From assembly GCA_041661445.1 (NCBI GenBank), contig JBAZUK010000003.1, forward strand, positions 129,885 to 193,884: a stretch of 64,000 nt of DNA, written 5' to 3'. How positions within the stretch are numbered: position 1 is the stretch's first letter; the number at the start of each line of letters is the position of its first letter. The notes beneath the pieces were generated by a model. That model did not search any database and was not told the origin of the DNA. It worked only from the letters and a program-made list of their open reading frames with translations. This document shows, piece after piece, positions 1 to 9,897 of this stretch. The translations under genes and the position numbers were made by a program. The DNA comes from Parachlamydiales bacterium (GTDB lineage: Bacteria > Chlamydiota > Chlamydiia > Chlamydiales > SM23-39).

Positions 1-1
1 G

Positions 2-685
2 ATCGGAGGAACATCTCCTTCAAATGCAAGATTTGTTCCACCTCCTGCTGAAGAAATATCCAGATGTATAGGAGATCTTGAAAAATTTATTCATGATAAA
101 AAAAGTCTTATTTCTCCGCTTATTAAAGCAGCATTGTTACATGCGCAATTTGAAACAATCCACCCTTTTACAGATGGAAATGGAAGAACTGGTCGTTTAT
201 TAATAACATTATTTCTTTGGCAAGAAAAATTACTTACCTTTCCTTTGCTATACCTATCTAGTTTTTTCAAAAAACATCAAGATTTATATTATGAACGATT
301 GCAAAAATATCATAGTTCTGAATCCCAAGTAGATTCCTGGCTAGATTTTTTCTTTGAAGGTATTATTTTTACTTCTAATTCTGCTTGTGAAATAGCTTAC
401 AAAATAAATCAAATTCGTGAACAAGATATGATGAAAATTTCAAAGCTTGGAAAAACATCTTCTTTAAATGCGTTAGAAGTATTAAAAAACTTGTTTCATC
501 AACCCATCGTTGATATATCAAAAATTCAAGAATGGACAAAAACAAAAACTAGAAGCGGGGGACAAAAAATCATCGACCGTTTTATAAACTTAGGAATTTT
601 AGTACAAAGAGATCCTAAAAAAACTTATGGCAGAACATATGAATATCGTTCCTATATTCAAGCATTTGAAAATAGTGAAAATTAA
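2..685 (+). CDS. Fic/DOC family protein (putative AMP-transferase), 5'-truncated by the window edge
   Basis: The frame is open from base 2 (IGGTSPSNARFVPPPAEEISRCIGDLEKFIH... precedes the track Met at 134). It carries the canonical Fic active-site motif HPFTDGNGRTGR (HxFx[D/E]GNGRxxR) and a C-terminal winged-helix-like tail (QKIIDRFINLGILVQ). Confidence 0.85.
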   Translation: MGGTSPSNARFVPPPAEEISRCIGDLEKFIHDKKSLISPLIKAALLHAQFETIHPFTDGNGRTGRLLITLFLWQEKLLTFPLLYLSSFFKKHQDLYYERLQKYHSSESQVDSWLDFFFEGIIFTSNSACEIAYKINQIREQDMMKISKLGKTSSLNALEVLKNLFHQPIVDISKIQEWTKTKTRSGGQKIIDRFINLGILVQRDPKKTYGRTYEYRSYIQAFENSEN

Positions 686-894
686 ATATCGAAGGAAACT
701 TTTATTTAAGCATTCCTCCATGAAGTTTAAATATTTTAATGGCTTTTCTACGAATATTTAGTAATTTTTTCTTCTTATTGGATTATATATACTGCACTTA
801 ACTTATAACTGCAGTATATTCTATCCAATTAGAATTATCGATAGTTTTTATTCTTATGCAATTAATTTTGCATTACTTATTTGCTTTAGATACA

Positions 895-1398
895 TCACTT
901 ACTATTTTTTTTCAAATGGTCTACAATTAGTTTTGCAATTTTTTCTTCGAGACTCCGATTAAAGAATGTATGTCCCATGCCTTTTATCAAAACAAATTTT
1001 GATTTAGGAATGATATCAGCTACAGACTTACCATATCTTAATAGAACAACAGGATCTTTATCTCCATGAATAACGAGAGTTGATAGATTAGTTTTTTTAA
1101 GAACATCTAATCTTTTTATATTAGCAAGAAAATCACTCATCATTAATTCATGATTTTTTCCTGCATTTTTATTTTTTGTACGGGTCAAAAAATCTATTGT
1201 AAAATTATTTGCGAGCTCTTCATCAAGTAAATATTCAGCATTTAGATGTCGCCAAGCAGGCAGATGATTTTTAACTGTTTCTTCAAAAGTCTTCCCCTCT
1301 TTAATCGAATGAAAAATTTTTGAAGTATAATCAAGAATTTTTTGTTCATTCTCTGTGAGAGGAATAGTCCATTCATTTTTTTTAATTGAATGGTGCAT
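895..1398 (-). pseudogene. alpha/beta-fold hydrolase, C-terminal fragment only (probable remnant)
   Basis: The ORF has VIHGDKDPVV (acid-residue strand) and KGMGHTFF (catalytic His motif), typical of the C-terminal half of alpha/beta hydrolases. The N-terminal half with the GxSxG nucleophile elbow is missing. Only 56 nt separate the ORF start from the divergent neighbour. Confidence 0.55.
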
Positions 1399-1454
1399 TC
1401 TTTTCTTGAACGAGAGTTATTTGCAAATTGAATTAATTATTAGCCTTAAAACTT

Positions 1455-2027
1455 ATGCATGCTTATAATTACCGATCAAAAATAATTAATGAGTGTAATT
1501 ATATGTCAATAACATGCAATACCTATGGAATTAGATCGATTAATGCCGAAAGTTTTAATACTTATGGTTCTCAAGATGCACATCTTCCCCATTCAATACG
1601 AGATTTTGCAGTTACCTCTCTAAAAATAAATAATTTAATTTTGAATATTTTAGGATACATTCCTGGAGTTGCTCAAATTTCTGGATGCATTCGAATGGGA
1701 ATTGGTAGCAGCATTATAATTTTAAGCTTTGCATTAGGTAGTCCAAATGCAAAAGAGGGCTTGATTATCGGTCGTTGGTTTAAAGAGGCGTTGGTAACAG
1801 GAACCGCTCAAATAGCACGTGGAGCATTAGAAGCTTTCTTCTCATTTGGCAGACTAATCAATTTGTCTTTAGACGTTATTGGAACGATTATCAATCTTCA
1901 TACTGAAGTATGTCATTTACGATATACAGGTGGAATGGAGGAAGATGAAATTCTAGCAGAAGAAGCTCGCCCTCCTTATCGAGACCCTAATTATCCGATT
2001 CTTTTTATTCCCTTATATTTTGCTTAA
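1455..2027 (+). CDS. hypothetical membrane protein
   Basis: 190-aa ORF with a central hydrophobic stretch (ILNILGYIPGVAQISGCIRMGIGSSIIILSFALG ... FFSFGRLINLSLDVIGTIINL). I recognise no family. The start may be the internal Met at 1504 (MSITCNTYG). Confidence 0.45.
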   Translation: MHAYNYRSKIINECNYMSITCNTYGIRSINAESFNTYGSQDAHLPHSIRDFAVTSLKINNLILNILGYIPGVAQISGCIRMGIGSSIIILSFALGSPNAKEGLIIGRWFKEALVTGTAQIARGALEAFFSFGRLINLSLDVIGTIINLHTEVCHLRYTGGMEEDEILAEEARPPYRDPNYPILFIPLYFA

Positions 2028-2297
2028 GCAAACTTGGATTTAACAAATCCCACTCCAAAGTTTTGAATACGCCTCTCCATCTCCATTTGTATCTTTTAAA
2101 CTTTTCTAAAAAATGCTACTTAACAACTCTAAGTTGATTTTTATTTGAATTTTGATAGATCATGTTTTATAGATCTCATTTGTTTACAAAGACATTTAAT
2201 TTTACCAGGTTTAAAAAAAATAATTTTACAAACAAAGTTGCGCCCGAAGAGATGCAGCTTTGTTTCTTTAAAAAGGGATCATAATAAATTACTTGAA

Positions 2298-2804
2298 TTA
2301 CAAAATTTCTTTTTTGATTTTTTTTAATTCTTTTATTCTAATGATTGCTTTTCCATGTAATGGAAAATGCATAACGAAAACTTTTGATGAAATAATTTTG
2401 TCTTGCCATCCGAAGCTAAATTTTTTCAGACCAGAAAATTTTTCATATGAAATTTTACCAACGAAACAAATGACTTCGGGTTTTTCTTTTTTAATAATTA
2501 AAGAAATCCTTTTTTGACCTAATTTTTCTTCTTTATGTTTTAATTCAGTAATATCGTGCGTCGGACGATTAATAACATTTACAAAGCCAAGTTTGTATAT
2601 ACTATTAAATTTTTTTAGGTAAAATTCTTTTAGTTTTTTATCATCTTTTAAATTTTTTAAATCTTCATTAATTATTCCAGCTTTAGCAAGAAGATACCAA
2701 AAAGTTTTGTTATTGGAAAAAGGAACGCCTCTTTTAAATGAACCAGGATGAGGATTAATGCCGACAAAAAGAATTTTTGGTTTATGAATTTTATAAAATA
2801 TCAT
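2298..2804 (-). CDS. uracil-DNA glycosylase superfamily protein, MUG/TDG-like (G:U/T mismatch glycosylase)
   Basis: The N-terminal motif [29 protein letters not shown] matches the family-2 signature GINPG..S...F....N.FW. The start overlaps the upstream gene's stop as ATGA (2801..2804). Confidence 0.7.
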   Translation of the reverse strand: MIFYKIHKPKILFVGINPHPGSFKRGVPFSNNKTFWYLLAKAGIINEDLKNLKDDKKLKEFYLKKFNSIYKLGFVNVINRPTHDITELKHKEEKLGQKRISLIIKKEKPEVICFVGKISYEKFSGLKKFSFGWQDKIISSKVFVMHFPLHGKAIIRIKELKKIKKEIL

Positions 2805-3160
2805 ATTTTTTCTAAGAAATCTTTTATAACAACTGCATTATTATGCTCAGTATCTTTTGCGCCATAAATCAATGTGACTTTGCCTTTTTTTATTTCAAGT
2901 TCTAATTCGCTTACTGATGTTTTATTATTTTTTAGTTCTTTTATATATTTTTTTTTAAACTCTATCCATTTAATTGGATCATGTCCAAACCATTTGCGAA
3001 GCTCGCTACTTGGCGCAATATCTTTTAGCCATATATCAATTTTTGCGTTTTTTTTACTTAATCCTCTTGGCCAGAGCCTATCAACTAAAATCCTAATACC
3101 ATCATTTTTTTGTGGTTTTTCATAAGCTCTTTTTATATTCAATCCCATAAATTTCTCCAT
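2801..3160 (-). CDS. DUF488 (YeaO-like) family protein
   Basis: [68 protein letters not shown] matches the YeaO/DUF488 pattern (VDRLWPRG ... W.K..APS..LRKWF.H). Confidence 0.75.
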   Translation of the reverse strand: MEKFMGLNIKRAYEKPQKNDGIRILVDRLWPRGLSKKNAKIDIWLKDIAPSSELRKWFGHDPIKWIEFKKKYIKELKNNKTSVSELELEIKKGKVTLIYGAKDTEHNNAVVIKDFLEKI

Positions 3161-3583
3161 ACGGTCAAAAATTTTGAAATATAGATCAATCTATTTGCAC
3201 TTTTTTCAAAATCTTTCTTTATTTTTCAAATTACACACTAATATTTTAGTATGTCTATATTTGTACATATGAGATTTTACAATTTTTATCAAATTTTTTT
3301 AGCTAAGGCTAACTTTTTAAAAAAACAGGAGCAAATATGATTTATAATTAAAAATAAGAGTTATGTTTTCCAAGAAAGATATTGATAATGCAAAATTTTC
3401 TATGAAGTTGCTAGCGCTCAGGACTTTTCGAAAGCTTCAATTTGTTTTAATAGAGTAAAACTAAAAAAATTATCGTAAGTTGAAATCAAGTTTTTAGAAA
3501 ATTTTACTTATAAGGGTTAACAAAACCAGCTAAAACAAACCGCTTGTTTCTGATTCACTTAATTTTTTTTAATAAAAAATATT

Positions 3584-4021
3584 TCAATCTGGCAATAACT
3601 GACTTGCCAAATCTTTTGCTAACTTTGCATCTATTGCAAGATTAAGCTTCATAATGCTTTTCATAACCAATCCAAGATCTTTTTTTGTCTTTGCACCTGT
3701 CTCAGCTATTGCCTTCATAACAATTATTTTCGTTTCTTCTGGAGAAACTGTCTTAGGCAAAAACTCCTGGACAATCTTTAGCTCAGATTTCAGTTTTTCA
3801 ACTATCTCAGGACGATTAGCCGTTTGGGCCTGTTCTAAAGCTTCTTGAAGATTACCGAAATAAGTTTTGAATAATTTTATTATTTCAGAATCAGAAAGAC
3901 TAGCTCGAGCATCAACAGCTAAAATTTTTGATTTAAGCATACGCAAGGTTTCTAATCTAAGTAAATCTCGATTTCTCATCGCTTCTTTGATACCAGAATT
4001 TATTTGGTCAATAATAGCCAT
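3584..4021 (-). CDS. GatB/YqeY domain-containing protein
   Basis: 145-aa ORF. The N-terminus IKEAMRNRDLLRLETLRMLKSKI and the C-terminal KKDLGLVMKSIM are typical of YqeY-family proteins. Confidence 0.75.
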   Translation of the reverse strand: MAIIDQINSGIKEAMRNRDLLRLETLRMLKSKILAVDARASLSDSEIIKLFKTYFGNLQEALEQAQTANRPEIVEKLKSELKIVQEFLPKTVSPEETKIIVMKAIAETGAKTKKDLGLVMKSIMKLNLAIDAKLAKDLASQLLPD

Positions 4022-4127
4022 AATATTCTCCTTTCACTTAGTTTTTTAGTTATCTTGAGATCATAAAAAAATGTTTACAAACACCCCAGTTAAGGGTTTT
4101 TTGAACATTATCGATTTTATAACCGCT

Positions 4128-4159
4128 AAAAAAGCAGAACAAAAAAGCTCTGCTTTTTT
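4128..4159 (-). terminator. candidate intrinsic terminator downstream of the cold-shock gene
   Basis: GCAGA(4134-4138)/TCTGC(4149-4153) stem, extended by flanking A-run/T-run pairing. On the minus-strand transcript the hairpin is followed by a U-run. The stem is short. Confidence 0.4.
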
Positions 4160-4169
4160 ATCTTTGTTA

Positions 4170-4376
4170 TTATAAACCTTTAACGCTTTTAGCTTCCGGT
4201 CCCTTACGACCTTCTTCTTCAACATATTCAACTTTTTGTCCTTCTCTTAGAGAGTTTGTACCCTCTTCAAGATTGTTGATATGAACGAATAGCTCTTTTC
4301 CACCTGATTCAGGTGTAATAAAGCCAAAGCCTTTTTGTGAATTAAAAAATTTAACTGTTCCTTTGGATTTTTTCAC
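4170..4376 (-). CDS. cold-shock protein (CspA family)
   Basis: GTVKFFNSQKGFGFITPESGGKELFVHINNL carries the RNP1-like KGFGFI and RNP2-like VFVH-type motifs. The track ORF extends to 4421. An in-frame GTG at 4376, preceded by the purine-rich AAGAAAGAGAGAAAAAGA, gives the canonical 68-aa size. Confidence 0.85.
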   Translation of the reverse strand: MKKSKGTVKFFNSQKGFGFITPESGGKELFVHINNLEEGTNSLREGQKVEYVEEEGRKGPEAKSVKGL

Positions 4377-4750
4377 TCTTTTTCTCTCTTTCTTAAAATA
4401 TTTAAAAAAAACCACTGACATATTTTAAATTATATCAATGGGACCCAAATATTTTGGGCTTTTTACATAAATCATAACCTATTTGGGATAAATCTTAAAG
4501 CAACAATAAATTACAACATATAAAATTTATTTAAATACTTAAGATTAATTATCTCAAAGCAAGCCTCGATTCGCAGAGAGAATCCAAATGTAACTATATT
4601 ATATTTTTTTATTTTATAATTTTTTTTTATTATAAATAATCGCCTAAGAATTGAAAGTAATAAATAAGATGAATATAATCTTAAGAAGATAAAAAGCTAA
4701 TATTAATCAGTCAAGCAAAGCTAGATTTATTTTAGTTAAAAAATCAATAA

Positions 4751-6361
4751 ATGACTTCTTTTTTAAAAACTGGAAAATACTTGATTATGTTATATAGAAT
4801 CCATGACATTCATTTAAGATATGACGAGGATTCACTTCAACACCTCAAAAATTCCATTCTTCAGCTTCTTCAGTTAAATGAAAAAGATCTTTTGTTTTTC
4901 AAAATCGCGAAGCGCTCTATTGATGCTAGAAAGAAGCCTGCTCGCATCGTTTACAGTGTAGATGTAGAAATGGCTCAGACTCCTTTAATAATGGAAGCAG
5001 AACCCATCTCTGAAAACCATATTGAGAAAATTATTTCCGGAAAAAAACCAAGTCATGTAAATCCTATTATCGTTGGGGCTGGTCCAGCCGGTCTATTTGC
5101 TGGTTTTATACTCGCTAAATATGGATACAAACCTATTATTCTCGAGCGAGGAAGTGATATTCAGGGAAGAAATATAGCTTTGGATAATTTTAAAAAAACG
5201 CGAAAACCTAACATTAATTGCAATGCCCTATTCGGTCTTGGAGGGGCAGGAACATTTTCAGATGGTAAACTTACAACATCCCTATCACACCCTTTTATTA
5301 GATATATTCTCGAAATTCTAGTCGAATGCGGCGCTCCTCAGCAAATTCTTATCGATGCGAAGCCCCATATCGGCACGGATATACTTCAGGGGGTCGTCAC
5401 TAATCTAGCAAAAAAAATTGAAAGTTTAGGTGGAATAATAAAAACCGATACAACGCTTACTAATATCATCGCTAAAAATGGACTGATAACAAAAATTGAA
5501 ACTTCGGAAGGTTGTCTAGAAACAGAAACTCTTATTGTGGCTACAGGCCTTAGCGCAAGAGACACATGGAAAATTCTTGAAGCCGCCGGTGTAGAAATCG
5601 CGCCCAAACCATTTCAGATAGGGATACGGGTCGAACATCCCCAGAATTGGCTAGACAAACAGCAATATGGCGAAGGAGCTGGCCATCCTGCCCTTGGAGC
5701 ATCTGATTATAAAGTAGTAGCCAACATAAATAAAACACCTGTGTTTTCATTTTGCATGTGTCCTGGCGGATGGACAATGCCAACAATAAATGAACCCGGT
5801 CATCTTTGTATAAACGGCATGTCCTTTCATAAAAGAGAAGGCCGTTTTTCATCTAGCGGCATAGTAGTCACCCTCGACCCCAATATATATGGAGGTAAGA
5901 ATTTAGATTCATGCCTCTCTTTCATTAGGAAAATTGAAGCAAAATGTTTCGAAAAAGGCGGCTCTGATTATACAGCCCCTGCCCAGACTCTTAATGCCCT
6001 TATTAAAGGGCAAATAGATAAAACTTTGCCAGAAACCAGCTATAATTTTGGACTTTCCCCAGCTTCCATGGATGATCTTTTCCCTGGATTTATCATTGAA
6101 AAAATCAAGGAAGCTCTACCAATTTTTAACAAGAAACTGCCCGGCTTCATTCAGGATGCAGCTATAGCAATAGCTCCTGAAGCAAGAGCGTCGTCACCAG
6201 TTAGAATAGTCCGCGACCAAGAAACCAGGCAATCTACAACGATAAAAGGTATTTATCCAATCGGAGAAGGTTCTGGCTATGCGGGCGGGATCATGAGCGC
6301 TGCTCTAGATGGTCTTAAATCTGGAATAAAAATCATCGAAGAATTCGCACCGGTTTCTTAG
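4751..6361 (+). CDS. FAD-dependent oxidoreductase (COG2509-type uncharacterised dehydrogenase)
   Basis: Dinucleotide-binding motif IIVGAGPAGLFAG, an N-terminal KRSIDARKKP segment and a C-terminal GEGSGYAGGIMSAALDG, as in COG2509 proteins. The true start is probably Met13 (4787, MLYRIHDIHL). Confidence 0.75.
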   Translation: MTSFLKTGKYLIMLYRIHDIHLRYDEDSLQHLKNSILQLLQLNEKDLLFFKIAKRSIDARKKPARIVYSVDVEMAQTPLIMEAEPISENHIEKIISGKKPSHVNPIIVGAGPAGLFAGFILAKYGYKPIILERGSDIQGRNIALDNFKKTRKPNINCNALFGLGGAGTFSDGKLTTSLSHPFIRYILEILVECGAPQQILIDAKPHIGTDILQGVVTNLAKKIESLGGIIKTDTTLTNIIAKNGLITKIETSEGCLETETLIVATGLSARDTWKILEAAGVEIAPKPFQIGIRVEHPQNWLDKQQYGEGAGHPALGASDYKVVANINKTPVFSFCMCPGGWTMPTINEPGHLCINGMSFHKREGRFSSSGIVVTLDPNIYGGKNLDSCLSFIRKIEAKCFEKGGSDYTAPAQTLNALIKGQIDKTLPETSYNFGLSPASMDDLFPGFIIEKIKEALPIFNKKLPGFIQDAAIAIAPEARASSPVRIVRDQETRQSTTIKGIYPIGEGSGYAGGIMSAALDGLKSGIKIIEEFAPVS

Positions 6362-6563
6362 CGAATGTTTAAGAAATAATGTTTTAAGCAAATATTTTTT
6401 TCTAAGGATCTAGTTCATTATTTTGCAATAAAAATATCAATATTCATATGCACTTTTCCTTTTTTTTTATTACTAAGTTTTTATTTTGCAATTATTTTAA
6501 AAAATATTTAATGTAAAAAAATATAAGGATTTATTTCCTTAATTTTTTAATGGAGACAATTTT

Positions 6564-6809
6564 GTGAAAAGGAATAAAATTTTATTGAGTATAGCGGTTT
6601 TTCTAATTGCCTTAGGTGCATTTAGTATTTTATATGAACAAATCTCATATGTAAGACATGAAAAAATTATTGATATTGGACCACTGGAAGCCACAATTGA
6701 AAGAGAGACTCATTGTGTCAGATTGCCAGTGTTTTTCGGAATATCTGTCATTTTATCAGGAATATGCATATTTTTTTTGGAAATCAAAAAAAAGCCGCAA
6801 ATTAAATAA
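6564..6809 (+). CDS. small two-TM membrane protein, hypothetical
   Basis: GTG start preceded by GGAGA (6552-6556). Two hydrophobic helices (ILLSIAVFLIALGAFSIL; VFFGISVILSGICIFFL). Confidence 0.45.
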   Translation: MKRNKILLSIAVFLIALGAFSILYEQISYVRHEKIIDIGPLEATIERETHCVRLPVFFGISVILSGICIFFLEIKKKPQIK

Positions 6810-6917
6810 TTATTGATTTTCGCTCCTACTTTCTGAAAAAATTTAGATAAGTATTAGTTTAAATATTGAAGTGTTTAGTTCTATACATCTTCATTTATAA
6901 TTTATAATTATCAAAAA

Positions 6918-7463
6918 TTACTTTTTTTTAGACAAAAGCTTCACAATCTTTCCATCAATAACGAACTTGCCCTTGCCGCAATGATGAATCATGAGCGCTC
7001 TTTTTTTTCTAGGTCTGATCCATGCTTTTACTACCTGAAGAATAAATATATTATATTTTAAAGCCATTGTCATATCGATAACTTTACACTCAAGGCTCGA
7101 ATAACACTCAGAAAGCAACGGAACCTGAACCTTTTCACCACTTTCTTTCAGAAGATCAAATTTTTTAAACTTATTAATTTTCTTACCGGAAATATTTCCG
7201 ATGCCCACTACTTTTTTAATCAAATCTGCAGTAGGAATATTAATTACGCATTCTTTAGTTTTTTTTATCATATCAAATGTATAATTTCGATTGCTGATAA
7301 CACATCCTAATACTGGTGGCTCAAAATCAATCATCATATGCCAAGATAAAGTCATGACATTATCTTTTCCATCACATGAAGCAGTAACCATAACAACTGG
7401 TCCTGGTTCGAGAAGTTGATAAACACTAGATAAAGGCACTGACTTTCTCATAACTTCTTCCAT
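6918..7463 (-). CDS. flavin reductase-like (FMN-binding split-barrel) domain protein
   Basis: LLEPGPVVMVTASCDGKDNVMTLSWHMMIDFEPPVLGCVISNRNYTFDMIKKTKECVINIP fits the flavin-reductase-like domain pattern. The track start at 7496 is a TTG, and the first ATG (MEEVMRKS) is at 7463. Confidence 0.7.
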   Translation of the reverse strand: MEEVMRKSVPLSSVYQLLEPGPVVMVTASCDGKDNVMTLSWHMMIDFEPPVLGCVISNRNYTFDMIKKTKECVINIPTADLIKKVVGIGNISGKKINKFKKFDLLKESGEKVQVPLLSECYSSLECKVIDMTMALKYNIFILQVVKAWIRPRKKRALMIHHCGKGKFVIDGKIVKLLSKKK

Positions 7464-7865
7464 AAATTTTATTCTTTTAGAAATCTGAAAACACAATTTT
7501 CTTGTAAAATTATTTATGTTTTTTTCTAAACTCTCATAATGTTTTATATAAAATCCAGACGGGTTTTTAACAAGATCAAAAATTCAATGCTTCCTTGATT
7601 AATTTTGGTAGATAAAGTAAATAGATAAAGTTAAATAAGAGTATTGAATCTTAATTTCTAATAAAAAATCATACTATATTTTGTTGTGTAAAAACTAAAA
7701 AAAATCAATATATTGATAAAAATTCATCGAAGTATTCAGAATGCAACAAGCTATTATAGCTATAAGATCTTCTGAGATGTTTTATAAAAAAACTTTTTTT
7801 TCTTTACAAAAACAGATGTTTTTTCTATTGTTTTTCTTGAAAACAAACAAATTAAGGATGTTTTT

Positions 7866-8195
7866 ATGACAATATGTAATTTTAGACCTATAGAACCTGC
7901 AAATTCCAGAAGTCCTTCACAAAGCCCTACAGCATCAATAATTAGTCAATTAGAAAATCCTTGGGGATTGCCATCAGAATTAGAAAATATACTAAAAAAT
8001 AACATTGTAAGAACTGGAACAGATTCTGGTTTAGGCGGATTAGATTCAGAAGGTAAAGAATCTAGAATTGGGACAGGCTCTGATTTAGACAGATCAGATT
8101 CGATAAAAAAAATTGCAAACGAAATACTTAGAGCTAGAACAGGCTCTGATTTAGGTGGATTAGATTCGATAGAAAAAGCATTTGCAGTAGTTTAA
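7866..8195 (+). CDS. hypothetical protein with internal TGSDLGGLDS repeats
   Basis: 109-aa ORF with AAGGA 6 nt upstream of the ATG. Three copies of the motif occur: RTGTDSGLGGLDSEGK / GTGSDLDRSDSIKK / RTGSDLGGLDSIEK. No recognisable family. Confidence 0.45.
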   Translation: MTICNFRPIEPANSRSPSQSPTASIISQLENPWGLPSELENILKNNIVRTGTDSGLGGLDSEGKESRIGTGSDLDRSDSIKKIANEILRARTGSDLGGLDSIEKAFAVV

Positions 8196-8282
8196 ACGGA
8201 CTTGAGCAGGTATAAAGATAATATAAAGAGCATCAAAAATTGTTAAAATTTTAGATGCTCAAAAAAACATAATAAATTTTCA

Positions 8283-9596
8283 TTACATTATTTCGGCAGC
8301 TATTTTAGCAAGTTCTGATCTTTCTGTTTTTTCTAAAGATATATGTCCAAATATTTTTTTATCTTGAAATCTTGATACTGTATAAGTAAGTCCATTGGAA
8401 TCCTGATCAAGATAAGGGTTATCTATTTGGGTAGGATCTCCTGTCAAAATCACTTTAGTTCCATGGCCTGCTCTAGAAATAATTGTTTTTACTTCATGCG
8501 GCGTTAGATTCTGTGCTTCATCTATTATCATATACACTTTCGGCAAAGTTCTCCCTCTTATATAAGTCACTGCTTCCATTTCAAGTTTTTTACTTTCCAT
8601 TATCCATTCAAAAGCAGATTTATCATTACCCTCTCCATTAGAAAGCTGTAAAAGCAATTCTAAATTATCATAGATCGGCTGCATCCAATTATAAAGTTTT
8701 TCTTCTTTAGTCCCCGGAAGATACCCAATATCTTTACCAAGAGGCATAATAGGTCGTGAAACTAAAATCTTTGAATAGACGGCTTCATCGAAAACTTTTT
8801 TCATCCCGCAGGCTAATGCTAATAAAGTTTTTCCGCTTCCTGCAGCACCCAACAAAGTTACCAGCTTTATATCATCTCTTAAAAGCAAATCTATCACACA
8901 TTTTTGTTCGACATTCAGCGGCTGGATTCCCCAAACTCCTTTTTTTGTTTCAATTAAGGGCTCTAATCTTTTTTGATTGTGATTAAACTTACACACTGCT
9001 GAAGATCTTTCTTTGCTCTTCAAAATACAGTATTCATTTGGAAGCAATACAAGATCTTCCTTAACAAGGCTTCCATCTTTATAAAATTGATCGATATCCT
9101 GCTTGGAAGTTTCTATTGTTTTTAATCCTTTGTACATTTTTTTATACTTTACTTTCAGATTCTCATAATCTTCTGCCTCTATATTCATGGCTTCGGCTTT
9201 GACCCGAGTAACGAAATCTTTTGAAACCAAGATTACCTTCTGACCTTCTTGCTTTAAGACATAGCAAATAAGAAGAATTTTATTAGAATTCCTATCTAAA
9301 GAAAGTGGAAACTCATTTAGATGTTTGTTTTTTATATCTAGATGAATTTTAATTCTAGGACCTTCTTCGATTTCTACGCCTTTATTAAAATCTCCTGCCC
9401 CCATAGCTTTTAATGAATCTATATATCTGACCACTTCTCTTGCATTTTTTCCTAATTCATCAGACCCTCTCTTTAAAGAGTCCAATTCTTCAAGTACAAT
9501 TAAAGGAATCACTACATCATTTTTTTGAAATTTTTTTATAGATGTTGGATCATGTAAAAGAACGTTTGTATCAATAACAAAAATTTTGCGAACCAT
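8283..9596 (-). CDS. PhoH2-type protein: N-terminal PIN domain fused to PhoH-like ATPase
   Basis: The N-terminus FVIDTNVLLHDP is the PIN acidic motif. Walker A is GAAGSGKT and Walker B-like is MIIDEAQN. The C-terminal PhoH signature is GTKVILTGDPTQID. Confidence 0.9.
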   Translation of the reverse strand: MVRKIFVIDTNVLLHDPTSIKKFQKNDVVIPLIVLEELDSLKRGSDELGKNAREVVRYIDSLKAMGAGDFNKGVEIEEGPRIKIHLDIKNKHLNEFPLSLDRNSNKILLICYVLKQEGQKVILVSKDFVTRVKAEAMNIEAEDYENLKVKYKKMYKGLKTIETSKQDIDQFYKDGSLVKEDLVLLPNEYCILKSKERSSAVCKFNHNQKRLEPLIETKKGVWGIQPLNVEQKCVIDLLLRDDIKLVTLLGAAGSGKTLLALACGMKKVFDEAVYSKILVSRPIMPLGKDIGYLPGTKEEKLYNWMQPIYDNLELLLQLSNGEGNDKSAFEWIMESKKLEMEAVTYIRGRTLPKVYMIIDEAQNLTPHEVKTIISRAGHGTKVILTGDPTQIDNPYLDQDSNGLTYTVSRFQDKKIFGHISLEKTERSELAKIAAEIM

Positions 9597-9897
9597 TAAA
9601 TATTCTCCTTATATTAATTATTTTTTTAACCGAAAATATTAAAACATCTCCCTTATTAGCATCATTACCTACAATGACATATAAACAAAAAAACATAGTA
9701 AGTAAAATGGTTTTTTAAATTTAAATATTTTTTTTTATTTTTTTTTAAAAAATTTCTTAAATATTGTTCTTATTTACCTTATAATTAAATACTTAAAAAT
9801 TATATTTGGCATACAAGCGTAATAAGCGCTAAATATTTGACTATTAAATCTTACTTTTGTATAATTAAATTGATAAAAAAAAATTTAGGTTACTAAT

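Noticed and set aside
2145-2517. Track ORFs 2145..2327 and 2293..2517 on the plus strand.
   Set aside because: The second ORF, and the 3' end of the first, are antisense to the MUG-like glycosylase gene. Most of the first lies in the intergenic region downstream of that gene's 3' end. Their translations are low-complexity (F/I/L/K-rich), with no RBS or motifs.
8196-8282. Hairpin GAGCATC...GATGCTC (7-bp stem, 19-nt loop) between the convergent genes at 7866..8195 and 8283..9596, as a possible terminator.
   Set aside because: The loop is too long, and the flanking homopolymer run is on the wrong side for either strand (A-run after the hairpin on plus, U-run before it on minus).
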